Virus record (IMG/VR): IMGVR_UViG_3300027969_000084
Span: 5,696 to 69,695 of that record
Strand: one strand, 5' to 3'
Origin: a virus
DNA length: 64,000 bases
Both the position numbers and the translations under genes were made by a program. Under the pieces are notes generated by a model. It did no database searches. It was not told where the DNA came from and saw only the letters and a list, made by a program, of their open reading frames with translations. Below are positions 17,432 to 27,793 of the stretch, piece by piece (position 1 is the first letter of the stretch; every line of letters starts with the position of its first letter).

Positions 17432-17698
17432 ATGGCTGTCATATTTAAAAATATCACTCATTTATTAGTATCTCGCATTAGTAGCGATAAAGTTCTCTAT
17501 GGATGCCAACCATTTGTCAATTTATCCCATTGGGTTTGTTTAAATCAGGAAATTGAAGAATGGATGGATATGAATATGAAAAGAAAGTCAGGAATTAAAG
17601 TAAAATATTTTACGACTAATAAAACTATTAAACCTCGTTCATTAATAAGTTTTGAGAATGAAAACGATGCTGTCTTATTCAAGATGAGATGGTTATGA
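17432..17698 (+). CDS. FKLRW-tail family protein
   Basis: ends ISFENENDAVLFKMRWL. Confidence 0.75.
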   Translation: MAVIFKNITHLLVSRISSDKVLYGCQPFVNLSHWVCLNQEIEEWMDMNMKRKSGIKVKYFTTNKTIKPRSLISFENENDAVLFKMRWL

Positions 17699-18111
17699 AA
17701 TTATCCAATCGATCTATTGCCAAGGTTATCATGTTTGCATTTCTGAACAAAGATGAAACCCTTCCTAATTATACACGAATGGATACTCGCGATATTTCGC
17801 AAGTGGTTAGTTTTCATTGTTTGAGTTTTACTAATCTGACTTGGAAACAGAAGAAAAATCTTGTACCAGTAGGAACTACATTAGATCGTGTTACTAGATT
17901 TCTTTTAGCTAATGGATGGTTGAGATATGAACAGGCCGCAATATATTATTTAAGCGATGGTCTTATTGAGGCGGTAAAATCTGGAGCCATAAGTTCGGTT
18001 GATGATTTATTTTGTGACGATCATATCATTGCGGTACATTGCATGATGTTTAATATTAAACTAAATCCAGCGTTTTCTGATGATGATTCTAAATTTGTGT
18101 TGCATCATTGA
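17695..18111 (+). CDS. hypothetical protein
   Basis: ATGA coupling; possible winged helix; DDHIIAVHCMMF weakly resembles the family tail. Confidence 0.6.
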   Translation: MKLSNRSIAKVIMFAFLNKDETLPNYTRMDTRDISQVVSFHCLSFTNLTWKQKKNLVPVGTTLDRVTRFLLANGWLRYEQAAIYYLSDGLIEAVKSGAISSVDDLFCDDHIIAVHCMMFNIKLNPAFSDDDSKFVLHH

Positions 18112-18126
18112 TAATTGGAGATAATC

Positions 18127-18426
18127 ATGGCAGAGATAAGCGCGTTTGATCTTTTAGCTAATATGGAACTGGCAAATAACCTCAAATATTTGGAGAAGTT
18201 GTTTTCAAAACCTCCTGTACGCTATTCGAACTATGATCATACGGTTGACATTTTAATTCAGAATAAGTTGTATAATAGTTTAGAAAACCATTTAGTGTGG
18301 CTTGATACGAATAGTCTTGGGTCATGGGATTATAATTTTACTGGATTTTATTCTGATACAACCTCAATCTCTTTTTATTTTGAGAATGAGCTTGCGTCTA
18401 TTCATTTCAAGATGGCATTCGGTTAA
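18127..18426 (+). CDS. FKLRW-tail family protein
   Basis: ends FYFENELASIHFKMAFG; GGAG SD. Confidence 0.75.
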   Translation: MAEISAFDLLANMELANNLKYLEKLFSKPPVRYSNYDHTVDILIQNKLYNSLENHLVWLDTNSLGSWDYNFTGFYSDTTSISFYFENELASIHFKMAFG

Positions 18427-18434
18427 GGAATCTC

Positions 18435-18887
18435 TTGGTGACTGAAGAACAAAAACTCGATCTTGTTAAAAATAGTGGATATGCACTAGCTTATATAAAG
18501 AACCCATCTTTAGAGGTGCAATGGACTGCTATTCAACGTGATGGAAGCGCTATAGCATATGTCTATAACCCATCAGAAGATTTAAAGCTTGCGGCAGTTA
18601 AACAAAATGGTATTGCTATTCGCCATATAAAGAATCCATCCGAAGAAATGAAAAATATTGCGGTTCTTTCTGTAGGAGGAGCAATAAAATATATTGAAAA
18701 TCCATCAGAAGAATTGCAAATGGTGTCTGTATCACAAAATGGCTGGGCAATTCAGTATATTAAGAATCCATCTGAAGCTGTTCAAATAGCTGCGGTTATG
18801 AACGATGCATGGGCAATTCAATACATCAGAAATCCATCAGAACAAGTTAAGATACTTGCTGAATTATGCAAGGTTTATGATAAATGA
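18435..18887 (+). CDS. 22-aa repeat protein 12
   Basis: TEEQ start, NPSE repeats, LAELCK end. Confidence 0.85.
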   Translation: MVTEEQKLDLVKNSGYALAYIKNPSLEVQWTAIQRDGSAIAYVYNPSEDLKLAAVKQNGIAIRHIKNPSEEMKNIAVLSVGGAIKYIENPSEELQMVSVSQNGWAIQYIKNPSEAVQIAAVMNDAWAIQYIRNPSEQVKILAELCKVYDK

Positions 18888-19207
18888 CTGAAGATATTTT
18901 AGAGAATGCAAGAGTTATTCTCAAGATATATGATTTTGATGCAATAATTGAAGACCGCTCTGATCAATTCAATGAACGGTGGGGATGGGATATTGATGAC
19001 AATTATGTATTGATTAAAAATCCAAAATATATTAAACCATATGTTCTTTTGTACGGTCACGTTAGATTTGTTAAAGATCGGCGGCTTTATAAAAAAAACA
19101 GTTATTCTTATAAAAAAAGTTATTCTAATCAGCAATATTACTCATCTCCCGAAAAATTATTGGAAGGTGTTAATCGGCTTGTTCTAAAGAAAAGTATGAT
19201 TGATTAA
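18884..19207 (+). CDS. hypothetical protein
   Basis: ATGA-coupled ORF that starts MTE but has no repeats. Confidence 0.65.
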   Translation: MTEDILENARVILKIYDFDAIIEDRSDQFNERWGWDIDDNYVLIKNPKYIKPYVLLYGHVRFVKDRRLYKKNSYSYKKSYSNQQYYSSPEKLLEGVNRLVLKKSMID

Positions 19208-19237
19208 TTTTATAATTGTGTTATTCTCAATAGGATT

Positions 19238-20278
19238 ATGGAGAACGCAATGACCGAAGAAGAACAACTGTTATCTGTTCAAGAAAATGGATTTAAGATA
19301 GGGTATATCGAGAATCCATCCGAAGCTGTGCAAATGGCTGCGGTCACCCAGCACGGGCTATCCATCCAATATATTGAAAGCCCATCAGAAGCAGTTCAAA
19401 TAGCGGCGGTTATTCAAAACAATTTGGCAATTTATTACCTCAATAATCCTAGCGATAAAGTGAAAGTGTTATCCGTCATGTATAGCAGTGAGCCAATTGA
19501 CGGTGAATGGTTGATTCGTAATTTTGCTTTGGATATAATTAATATATTAAGCGAAGAAACTCAATTGCATATTGTATCTACTGCGAATTTTAGTACTATT
19601 AAACGACTATTTTCGAATATCAAGAACCCATCCGAAGATGTTCAAATAGCTGCTATTACAAAAAGTTCATATGTAATCGAGCATATCGGAAATCCATCCG
19701 AAGCGGTTCAATTGGCTGCTGTTACTACTGTTGGAGCGGCAATTGCATATATTATAAATCCATCAGAAGCGGTTCAATTGGTGGCTGTTCAACAAGATGG
19801 GCGGGCAATTCAGTTTATCAAAAACCCATCTGAGGCTGTTCAGTTAGCCGCTGTCACCAAAAATGGTTGGGCAATTGAACATATTGAAAGCCCATCAGAA
19901 GCAGTTAAAATAGCTGCGGTTAGTCAAGATGCATGGGCAATTGGCTGGCGGATTACGAATCCATCTGAAGCAGTTAAATTAGCTGCGGTTACTCAAAATG
20001 GGCGGGTAATTCAGTTTATCAAAAACCCATCAGAAGCAGTTCAATTAGCTGCGGTTAACCAACATGGTTTGGTAATTGAATATATAATATCCAAAGGAAT
20101 TACCCCAAGTGAAGCTGTTCAATTAGCTGCGGTTAGTCAAGATGGAAGTTCAATTGAGTATATTAAAAATCCATCCGACGCGGTTCAGTTGGCATCTGGG
20201 AATGGAGTTCTTTTTATTGCACCATCTGCGGCAGTTAAGCTAGCATCACTCTGCGCATACAATGAGAAAGTAGTATGA
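19238..20278 (+). CDS. 22-aa repeat protein 13 (long, two repeat blocks)
   Basis: short block ending PSDKVKVL, a linker, then a longer repeat block; looks like a fusion of two units. Confidence 0.85.
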   Translation: MENAMTEEEQLLSVQENGFKIGYIENPSEAVQMAAVTQHGLSIQYIESPSEAVQIAAVIQNNLAIYYLNNPSDKVKVLSVMYSSEPIDGEWLIRNFALDIINILSEETQLHIVSTANFSTIKRLFSNIKNPSEDVQIAAITKSSYVIEHIGNPSEAVQLAAVTTVGAAIAYIINPSEAVQLVAVQQDGRAIQFIKNPSEAVQLAAVTKNGWAIEHIESPSEAVKIAAVSQDAWAIGWRITNPSEAVKLAAVTQNGRVIQFIKNPSEAVQLAAVNQHGLVIEYIISKGITPSEAVQLAAVSQDGSSIEYIKNPSDAVQLASGNGVLFIAPSAAVKLASLCAYNEKVV

Positions 20279-20279
20279 A

Positions 20280-20900
20280 ATGAGCATTCGTATCAATAAA
20301 GCAATTGGTTGGGGCATTCCCGCAGAATTGTTTGAAAGAAATGTTGCTTTTGAAATTGGCGAAGATGGTTTAGATGACAGTCTTTATGAAAAGCTTTCGT
20401 CAATTACTGAGTTGGTCGTTCCTGATCGCACAGTTCAAAATATTTTAGAAAACTGGCGTGGCTTCATTTATGAACCAAATCTTTTGAAAAAAGGATATCA
20501 TGAGGTTTTCGAAACTGCGGAAAGTTTGCATATCCATGTATCGGATTATGACGGGGATACGAAGATTCATTTGTTCTTGCCTAACGGTAGATATCGCGAT
20601 GATTTTTATCGCTATGACAACTCCTTGGACTATACTGAATCTAGGTATGACCTTGAGACGGGAAAGCTGCTTGATGATCCATGCAGTGATATGTTGATCG
20701 AACTTGCACATAACCCATATCCTTGGACTAATGACCTCATGGACGCTGCTGGAGACCCTGTATCGTGGGATTTGAACAATGATGAAGGAATAGTTCAACG
20801 CCCGCCTGCGGAGCTTCGCTGGTGGCTTACGAGTACTGGTATTTTGAAGGAAGATGCGTGGAAACTTCTACGTCCTTACTATGCAAAATGGTGGTCGTGA
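20280..20900 (+). CDS. hypothetical protein
   Basis: 206-aa ORF. Confidence 0.75.
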   Translation: MSIRINKAIGWGIPAELFERNVAFEIGEDGLDDSLYEKLSSITELVVPDRTVQNILENWRGFIYEPNLLKKGYHEVFETAESLHIHVSDYDGDTKIHLFLPNGRYRDDFYRYDNSLDYTESRYDLETGKLLDDPCSDMLIELAHNPYPWTNDLMDAAGDPVSWDLNNDEGIVQRPPAELRWWLTSTGILKEDAWKLLRPYYAKWWS

Positions 20901-20909
20901 TATAATTAT

Positions 20910-21323
20910 TTAGTGTTTTGTCATCAAAGACAATAAGAATAATATTCCTATGATGATTGCCATCATAATCATCTGATTATATGTCATTGGCTTAGACTTA
21001 TAGGTTCTCCTACGTCTTGAAGTCTTAACTCCATATGATTTATTTTTTGGAGCCTTATAAGCTTTTGGTTGCTTAACGGGTTTGTGCTTCTTAGGCTTAG
21101 CGGGCGCTTTATATGGCGATATGGTTTTCTTTGTAATCCAACCGCCATTATTTGTAGTTGTTGTATATTTTATTTTACCATCACTGGTTTGTGTCGTTGT
21201 TTGTCTAGTATTACCCATTTTTTTACTACTAGACATAGTAGTTTTTGCACGACCATTACTTATATTTTTCGTAACAGTTGTTCTGCGACCGTTTTGAGTA
21301 CGCGATGTTCTTTTATAAGCCAT
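20910..21323 (-). CDS. basic Lys/Thr-rich protein with C-terminal transmembrane helix
   Basis: MAYKRT start at 21323, TTGACA promoter at 21353-21358, hydrophobic C-terminus. Confidence 0.65.
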   Translation of the reverse strand: MAYKRTSRTQNGRRTTVTKNISNGRAKTTMSSSKKMGNTRQTTTQTSDGKIKYTTTTNNGGWITKKTISPYKAPAKPKKHKPVKQPKAYKAPKNKSYGVKTSRRRRTYKSKPMTYNQMIMMAIIIGILFLLSLMTKH

Positions 21324-21407
21324 GATATTAATATGTATGGTATAATCTTTATTGTCAAGTGATGATTTTATTGGTAATATATTTTCAAAATACATAAAGG
21401 CTTGACT

Positions 21408-21656
21408 ATGGGCTATATGCTTTCTCGATCATCTGAACTCCGAAACAAAAAGTTGCGTTTCCGCGCCGAAGGGATATTGCATAATAATGGTATCGAACGA
21501 GCTAGTTATTACGATATGAAAAAATGGGCTAAAGAAAACTGCAAAGGCGGTTTTTACTATAAAAGAATAATTTTTTCGTATGGGATTGACGCACGTATTC
21601 CATTTTTATTTGTTCATGAAGATGATGCATTATTTTTTAAATTAAGGTTTGGTTGA
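21408..21656 (+). CDS. FKLRW-tail family protein
   Basis: KKWAKENCKGGFY, ends FVHEDDALFFKLRFG. Confidence 0.75.
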   Translation: MGYMLSRSSELRNKKLRFRAEGILHNNGIERASYYDMKKWAKENCKGGFYYKRIIFSYGIDARIPFLFVHEDDALFFKLRFG

Positions 21657-21973
21657 TGATTAATTATGATGAATATGAAATACCAGAATCTATTCCATTA
21701 GTATGGGAGGTTCTATTTTCCACGGATACATCGACTGCATTTCAATTTGATAAAGGTTCTATTCCCATTCTTACCGATGAGGGTAAGGAATGGTTTGATT
21801 TGTATATAACTGGGGAATATTCTTTTAAGTATAGTATATATGATAATAATATCAATATTAATATCAATAGATCGATATCGGGAACAGTAACGTTTAATCC
21901 TCCTAGTAGATTAATTCAGGTTTATTTTACTAATGAAAATGATTTTCTAATGTTTAAAATGCGATGGACGTAA
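21656..21973 (+). CDS. FKLRW-tail family protein
   Basis: ends VYFTNENDFLMFKMRWT. Confidence 0.75.
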   Translation: MINYDEYEIPESIPLVWEVLFSTDTSTAFQFDKGSIPILTDEGKEWFDLYITGEYSFKYSIYDNNINININRSISGTVTFNPPSRLIQVYFTNENDFLMFKMRWT

Positions 21974-22239
21974 TGGTTGAAGTTCCGACCAAGTTCATAG
22001 TCGATGATAGACGATTTGATTTGGAATTATGGATTAATGATTTTGATGAAGGGGATATCAATGAATATCTCCCTCATCGAGTTGAGTTATATACTTCATT
22101 AAAAACTGATATAGATATTCAATATCAATGGGTTAGAGACAACTTGCAGGGTATTTGGGCAAGAAGTTTTGGTCGATGGCAGATTTATTTCTTTCAAAAT
22201 GAAAATGATGCCATTTTGTTTAAGTTGAGATGGGGATAA
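21973..22239 (+). CDS. FKLRW-tail family protein
   Basis: ends FFQNENDAILFKLRWG. Confidence 0.75.
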   Translation: MVEVPTKFIVDDRRFDLELWINDFDEGDINEYLPHRVELYTSLKTDIDIQYQWVRDNLQGIWARSFGRWQIYFFQNENDAILFKLRWG

Positions 22240-22257
22240 GATCGTTTTTATATGCCA

Positions 22258-23142
22258 TCAGTCCATAATGGAATCAATTTTCATACCAAATAAATCGGCA
22301 TATTCGGCAATAGTTGGATTGAAATTATCTGATTCACTTTTGGTTTCTAGAAGAATTAAACCAGCGTAATTAAAAACCAGCATCTTCCCAATAGGAACAA
22401 TGTCCTCTGATGGAATTGGATGACCTTCGGAAATAATGCTATATTTTTTCGTATTCTCAACAGTATGTATGGCATGTAGATACCTACCATAGATCATATT
22501 ATAGAAAACCATCACAGGCTTCTTTGATTTGGTCGCCCGCATGATAGTTTTAGTTTTTGTATAATAGATATCCTTATGGACGATGCACTCTATCTTATAG
22601 AACATGCCGCAAAAAAGCATTTTAGCCTTACTTGCTCCAGACATAGAAACCACGTCTCCAACCTGTAGTGGTCGATCAAACGATGGAGTAGTCCGTTCAA
22701 TATTAGCAGGATGGTCTTCACGCATTAGAAAATTATTAGCACCACTACGCGCAAAGATATAATTACCAATCAACTTACCATGGCTTATTTCACCATTCAG
22801 AAGAATATCCGCCAGATTGTCGGCATAGATTTCAAACTGAAACCCACGAGGATCAGTAATACGAAATACCTTATTGCTCGTAGTATAACGTTCCACCACT
22901 GTATCTAAGGTATACCCAGACAGTTCTACGTTATCGAGCACGACTGGATCAATTTTTGGAATTTTTGGATGTTGATTTGTTCTCCCCCAAACATCATTAC
23001 ACCAATTCCAAACCGTTTCTTTGCGCTTCTCAAACGCTTTATCGGTTCCATATGGTGTAATAAAAGACAATGGTGGATTTGACGTATTCAAACCTACTTC
23101 TTGAAAGCCAACATATAGCTTTTCTGGGAATGAAAACAGCAT
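22258..23142 (-). CDS. large-phage protein of unknown function
   Basis: YVGF...LSFITPY..DKAFEKRKETV.NW...RITDPRGFQFEI..NL pattern. Confidence 0.75.
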   Translation of the reverse strand: MLFSFPEKLYVGFQEVGLNTSNPPLSFITPYGTDKAFEKRKETVWNWCNDVWGRTNQHPKIPKIDPVVLDNVELSGYTLDTVVERYTTSNKVFRITDPRGFQFEIYADNLADILLNGEISHGKLIGNYIFARSGANNFLMREDHPANIERTTPSFDRPLQVGDVVSMSGASKAKMLFCGMFYKIECIVHKDIYYTKTKTIMRATKSKKPVMVFYNMIYGRYLHAIHTVENTKKYSIISEGHPIPSEDIVPIGKMLVFNYAGLILLETKSESDNFNPTIAEYADLFGMKIDSIMD

Positions 23143-23146
23143 GATA

Positions 23147-23401
23147 CTATCCTACGTTTTTGATCAAATTAAAGAAAAGGAAAACCCAGAATGCAACACC
23201 GGACAATAGCATAATTGCCATAGTAATAGAACCAATAATAAGGCTCACATTGCGATTGCTACGTTTCAAAGGTTCAGGATTATCTTTATAGCATGAACAT
23301 CCAGTTCCCGCAGTCCACTTTGGTTTGGAACGACCGGCATTACAATGCACATCGTGCGTATAATACATTTCATAATCTTTATCTGTAAGATACGAGGTCA
23401 T
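23147..23401 (-). CDS. small membrane protein
   Basis: H..HC...CSC motif and C-terminal TM helix. Confidence 0.65.
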   Translation of the reverse strand: MTSYLTDKDYEMYYTHDVHCNAGRSKPKWTAGTGCSCYKDNPEPLKRSNRNVSLIIGSITMAIMLLSGVAFWVFLFFNLIKNVG

Positions 23402-23495
23402 TGGATATCCTTTCCGACACGGTATTTTATAATTTTATCTCATATAGTCAATAGACGGTTGTATAGATAAATATCTTATAATATCGGAGCAACCC

Positions 23496-25817
23496 ATGTC
23501 AAAATCAGAAGATATGCGCAAATTGATTGATCTCGCTAACAATGCCAAGATCATTTCAGAATCATATAGCGATAATGAATCCAGTCCATTCAAGGCATTT
23601 TCTTCTTGGAGCAATATTTCTGAAGCTGGAATGCCATCTTCGGTAATCAAATCTAAAGAAAAAATCAGATACGCTACCGATGAAGAAAATAAGCAAAGAT
23701 TTGCTGGTAAGACTTTGGAAGAACTTCGTAGCATGGCGTGGCGTCATGGATACGGAAAAGATAGCAAAGAATATGATAAGTTTCATGATGGTGTAACTGG
23801 AGTTCCTGTAACCGAAGATTCTGCACCATTGAGCATCGAACAATTAGCAACCATCAGCAGTGAGGCATTGAATGATGCATATCACTATGGCCGCAGTAAT
23901 CCTGGAAATACTTTTGGATGGCAGGCTAACTTAAAGTCAGCAGAATACGCTAAGAAAATGATTGATCAGGGTGTAACCGATATTGAACAGATTAGCGATG
24001 CCATACACAAAGGTTGGAATGTTACTGCTCGTGAGTTTGTAAAAAATCCAAACCAATTTGATGATACCGAACAGTTAAAGGCTTCCGGAAAATTAGAATC
24101 AAAATTAGAACAACGTGGTAAATTGATGAACATTAATTATGCTCAATTACCAGAAGATGAAAAAGAAAAAGACCGCGTAGTTGCTCGTGCATTATTACAA
24201 GCATTAACCGGAGAAGATATTACTGAAGATTTACATAAGTGGTTTAAAGAAAAATGGGTAAGATTTGGGCCAGATGGTAAAATCCGTGGAGATTGCGCCA
24301 GAGAGAAGGGCAGTGAAGGTAAACCAAAATGTTTGCCACAAAGCAAAGCACATAGCATAGGAAAAAAAGCTAGAGCAAGCGCAGCCGCACGGAAGCGCAG
24401 AAAAGACCCTAATGCAAATGGTACTGGCAAGGCTATTAACGTCAATACCAAGAAGAAAAAATCAAATGAAGGTATGGAGGAAGGCAAAGAAGAACGCTGC
24501 ATGCAATGTGGTATGACTAATTGTAGTTGTGCCATAGGTAAATGCAAATGCAAACCTATTGCCGGATGGATTCCTAACAAAGGTTTTGAAAAAGACGATA
24601 CAACACTCGACGAAAAGTGGAGTGCGAAATATAAGAAAAGCATTAATTGCTCACATCCAAAAGGCTTTAGCCAAAAGGCTCACTGTGCTGGTAAGAAGAA
24701 ACACAATGAAAGCATAGAGATGGAGATGGTATGTGAAGATTGTGGTATGTGCCAAACGCACGGCGATCATACTCATAATTTAGAAGAGGCATGCTGGGAA
24801 GGATATCACAAAGACGGTATGAAAACCATGTTTGGTAAGAAATATCCTAACTGTGTAAAGAATGGAGGTGTGACGGAAGGCGGTGCCGAAACAAGTTGGT
24901 CTAATGACACAGATACAATCACACTACAAGATATTTTAGAATTAACCAAGCATATTAAACAAATAAATTTACCAATAAACGATAATCTAAAGAGCAAACT
25001 ACTTCATTGGGAAGGCAACCCAGAAGAAATAGAAAGAGTTAATCAAGTAACAGTGTCTAATCAATTTCCTATTTTAATTATGGTAGATGAGCAAGGTCAA
25101 ATAGACTGGATACTCGATGGCAACCACAGAATACATAAAGCAATACAGTCCCAAGCAAAAACAATACCTGCTAAACTTATTAGACCTAATAATCTCAACG
25201 ACAAAGCAAAGAAAATATTTAATATAAAAGAGCAAGATATGACAGAAGAAAAATGTCCAGAGTGTGGCGGACCAATGTATCATGAATCAATGATCAATGA
25301 AAAGAAAGATGCTTGCTACCGTAAAGTAAAGTCACGATATAACAAATGGAGTGCCTACGCTAGTGGCGCATTGGTTCAGTGCCGCAAAAAGGGTGCAAAA
25401 AACTGGGGTAACAAGAGTGAATCTGTAATGGATGAAGAACAACTTGATGAAAAGTGCTGGGATGGTTACAAACAAGCTGGTATGAAAAAGAAGGGTAACA
25501 AGATGGTCCCTAACTGCATACCCGAAGGAACATTGTCTGAAGATGAATATGGTCGCGATCTAGGCGCATTATATCAAAGACATGTTTATGGCGATGATGA
25601 AGACGAAGATGAACAAGAAGATTATTATGACTATGAAGATGAAGATGGCATAGATTTTATGCAATCTGGCAGTGCTCTTCGCGCAGCATCACACGACAAT
25701 CCTCGTGACCAGCCTTGCCCAACATGCGATGCTCCAAATAAGTTAACACCAGCCGATGTTGAATTAGGATATCAGTGTGATCATTGCGCAGATAAGTCTG
25801 AACGCGGATACGATTAA
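23496..25817 (+). CDS. modular late virion protein, probable polyprotein
   Basis: TAAATA at 23468-23473; many [ILMV]xE junctions; RyR-like, ParB-like (ILDGNHR), Cys-rich CW.GY modules, Zn ribbons. Confidence 0.8.
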   Translation: MSKSEDMRKLIDLANNAKIISESYSDNESSPFKAFSSWSNISEAGMPSSVIKSKEKIRYATDEENKQRFAGKTLEELRSMAWRHGYGKDSKEYDKFHDGVTGVPVTEDSAPLSIEQLATISSEALNDAYHYGRSNPGNTFGWQANLKSAEYAKKMIDQGVTDIEQISDAIHKGWNVTAREFVKNPNQFDDTEQLKASGKLESKLEQRGKLMNINYAQLPEDEKEKDRVVARALLQALTGEDITEDLHKWFKEKWVRFGPDGKIRGDCAREKGSEGKPKCLPQSKAHSIGKKARASAAARKRRKDPNANGTGKAINVNTKKKKSNEGMEEGKEERCMQCGMTNCSCAIGKCKCKPIAGWIPNKGFEKDDTTLDEKWSAKYKKSINCSHPKGFSQKAHCAGKKKHNESIEMEMVCEDCGMCQTHGDHTHNLEEACWEGYHKDGMKTMFGKKYPNCVKNGGVTEGGAETSWSNDTDTITLQDILELTKHIKQINLPINDNLKSKLLHWEGNPEEIERVNQVTVSNQFPILIMVDEQGQIDWILDGNHRIHKAIQSQAKTIPAKLIRPNNLNDKAKKIFNIKEQDMTEEKCPECGGPMYHESMINEKKDACYRKVKSRYNKWSAYASGALVQCRKKGAKNWGNKSESVMDEEQLDEKCWDGYKQAGMKKKGNKMVPNCIPEGTLSEDEYGRDLGALYQRHVYGDDEDEDEQEDYYDYEDEDGIDFMQSGSALRAASHDNPRDQPCPTCDAPNKLTPADVELGYQCDHCADKSERGYD

Positions 25818-25822
25818 TTTTA

Positions 25823-26308
25823 ATGCGCTATTCCGAGATAGTTTCTGAAGTTAAAACAATTCAGCATGATCAACGCGATGATGATGAATTGTTTGATACT
25901 ATGTTAAGATATTTTAAGCGTTTGCAAAACAAACTAGAACAAGTCGATACCATTGATGGGTTATCGCTGCTACGCGGAACATACGGTTATTCATATATAT
26001 ATTTCTTTGTAGATAATGGTGATCCTATTGGATTCTCAATGGTCGATAGAAGAAATCAAGACAAAAATACTTTTATGGTTTCTATTATATTTTTAACGAA
26101 GCCTTACAGAAAATCTGGTATCGGATTAAAGTTCTATCAATATCTTCTAGAGAATTACACCCTTATTTCCGATACACGCCAAACTGTTGCCGCACAATCA
26201 TTGTGGAAAAAATTAGGTTCTATGCCAGAATATTCTATGAAAGAAGTTGACGGTAGATATGTGGTTAGTAAAAACAACCAAGATACAAACAATAAAGGCA
26301 CCCAATGA
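25823..26308 (+). CDS. GNAT-like acetyltransferase with MRYSEI tag
   Basis: IFLTKPYRKSGIGLKFY acetyl-CoA motif; SD..QT..A..LW.KL. Confidence 0.7.
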   Translation: MRYSEIVSEVKTIQHDQRDDDELFDTMLRYFKRLQNKLEQVDTIDGLSLLRGTYGYSYIYFFVDNGDPIGFSMVDRRNQDKNTFMVSIIFLTKPYRKSGIGLKFYQYLLENYTLISDTRQTVAAQSLWKKLGSMPEYSMKEVDGRYVVSKNNQDTNNKGTQ

Positions 26309-27108
26309 GTTCATCTGAAAATATGAGAAAATATATTAATATCCTTAAAGAAGCGCAAGTCTTTGATTGGGACGAACAGAAAAAAAATATTATAGAACTT
26401 ATAACAAATAAATTAAGTGATCCTAGTTATACTGGCTCAAAAGGAGTATATTCGCCATTTTATTCCATCATTACTAATTCTAATCTATCAGGCGGAACAA
26501 GCGAAAACGCTGGATTTTCAGATGAGGCAAGAAAATCGTGGAGAGACTATTTCACCGCATCGCCATTCCATCATGATAACGGTGGCCCGTGGTCACAAAT
26601 ATCAATAAACTCTAATTTAGAGAAAAAATCAAAGTCGGACGGGCGGACTTATAACTATTACATAGCGGTCGCTCAAGATAAGGCCAACGTACAAAACTTC
26701 CTCAATGGGCAAAATTTACTATGGCAAATCATGAAGAAATTAAGTGATGAAAAGCAATCTCCTATCGCTTACAAGACCCATAGACATCTTGATAACTTTA
26801 TGAAGCACAATGATAGCCTCAAGGTATATTACTATGACCATACTTTAATTGATGATGTAAAACAAGCAGTAAATGAATGGCTGACTAAAGCAAATATAAA
26901 GACCGAAGCACGAACGCACGATCATGGCGTTGATGTAGAGGGAGATGATGGCGGATCATACGGGGAATTATTAGCTAATCATGTAACCAAAGTATTATTT
27001 AATACTATTGATAAAAATGGTAAAAAATATACGCCTGAACAATATTACGAATGGATCAAGACGCACATGGATACAATAATACGCCAAGTCAAAGTTGGAA
27101 GAACATAG
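26305..27108 (+). CDS. late protein with MRKYINILKE leader
   Basis: ATGA coupling; N-terminus resembles those at 23496 and 30652. Confidence 0.75.
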   Translation: MSSSENMRKYINILKEAQVFDWDEQKKNIIELITNKLSDPSYTGSKGVYSPFYSIITNSNLSGGTSENAGFSDEARKSWRDYFTASPFHHDNGGPWSQISINSNLEKKSKSDGRTYNYYIAVAQDKANVQNFLNGQNLLWQIMKKLSDEKQSPIAYKTHRHLDNFMKHNDSLKVYYYDHTLIDDVKQAVNEWLTKANIKTEARTHDHGVDVEGDDGGSYGELLANHVTKVLFNTIDKNGKKYTPEQYYEWIKTHMDTIIRQVKVGRT

Positions 27109-27187
27109 TAGTAAAATATTTCCTTGCGTGATTAGTTAAATTGATGTATTGATTTTTCTTGGGATTGTCTTTTTTAGGATAATTGAT

Positions 27188-27523
27188 ATGGGATATCTGT
27201 ATAGCAACGCTTGTCGAGGTTCTAACGAGAACAAAGTAGAATTGAATCTTGATAACATAACCTTTTCAGATTTATGCAGCAAATACGACGAACTTAAGAA
27301 ATGGTGCAAAGAAAATGTATCTGGTGGTTTTTACGTTTCTATAGATTTGGAAGAGGAGTCGCGTGCATTCTTCGAGTCGTCCATCTTCAAGCAAACCAGC
27401 CTTGGTTGGAAGAATGCTAAAGACATGAAAAAGGCGTTAAAATACCACATGCTTGATGTAAATATTGTCGTTTATTTTATCAATCCGGATTCGGCTCTTT
27501 TGTTCAAACTAGCATTCGGATAA
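27188..27523 (+). CDS. FKLRW-tail family protein
   Basis: KKWCKENVSGGFY, ends VYFINPDSALLFKLAFG. Confidence 0.75.
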   Translation: MGYLYSNACRGSNENKVELNLDNITFSDLCSKYDELKKWCKENVSGGFYVSIDLEEESRAFFESSIFKQTSLGWKNAKDMKKALKYHMLDVNIVVYFINPDSALLFKLAFG

Positions 27524-27527
27524 GAAT

Positions 27528-27734
27528 ATGACGGATGATATGAGATGGATTCCTCATGGAAATTTGAAAACAAAAAGTGTATTTCTTAAGATAGGCGATG
27601 GGTTTGAAGACTTCATTCAAGAATCTTTGACGTGGTGTGAACAAAATAATTTGACCTATTGGCGGTCAAGTTATGATATTATTCATTTTACCAAAGATAT
27701 TGATCGAATAGCATTTTTATTGCGATTTGGTTGA
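27528..27734 (+). CDS. FKLRW-tail family protein
   Basis: TWCEQN, ends IHFTKDIDRIAFLLRFG. Confidence 0.7.
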   Translation: MTDDMRWIPHGNLKTKSVFLKIGDGFEDFIQESLTWCEQNNLTYWRSSYDIIHFTKDIDRIAFLLRFG

Positions 27735-27751
27735 CCGTTTAATCCATAAAG

Positions 27752-27779
27752 TTGACAATTAAAGATAATTTGTTATTAT
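27752..27779 (+). promoter_or_regulatory. early promoter
   Basis: TTGACA-N16-TATTAT, near copy of 7536-7563. Confidence 0.7.
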
Positions 27780-27793
27780 CTGATTGACGATTT

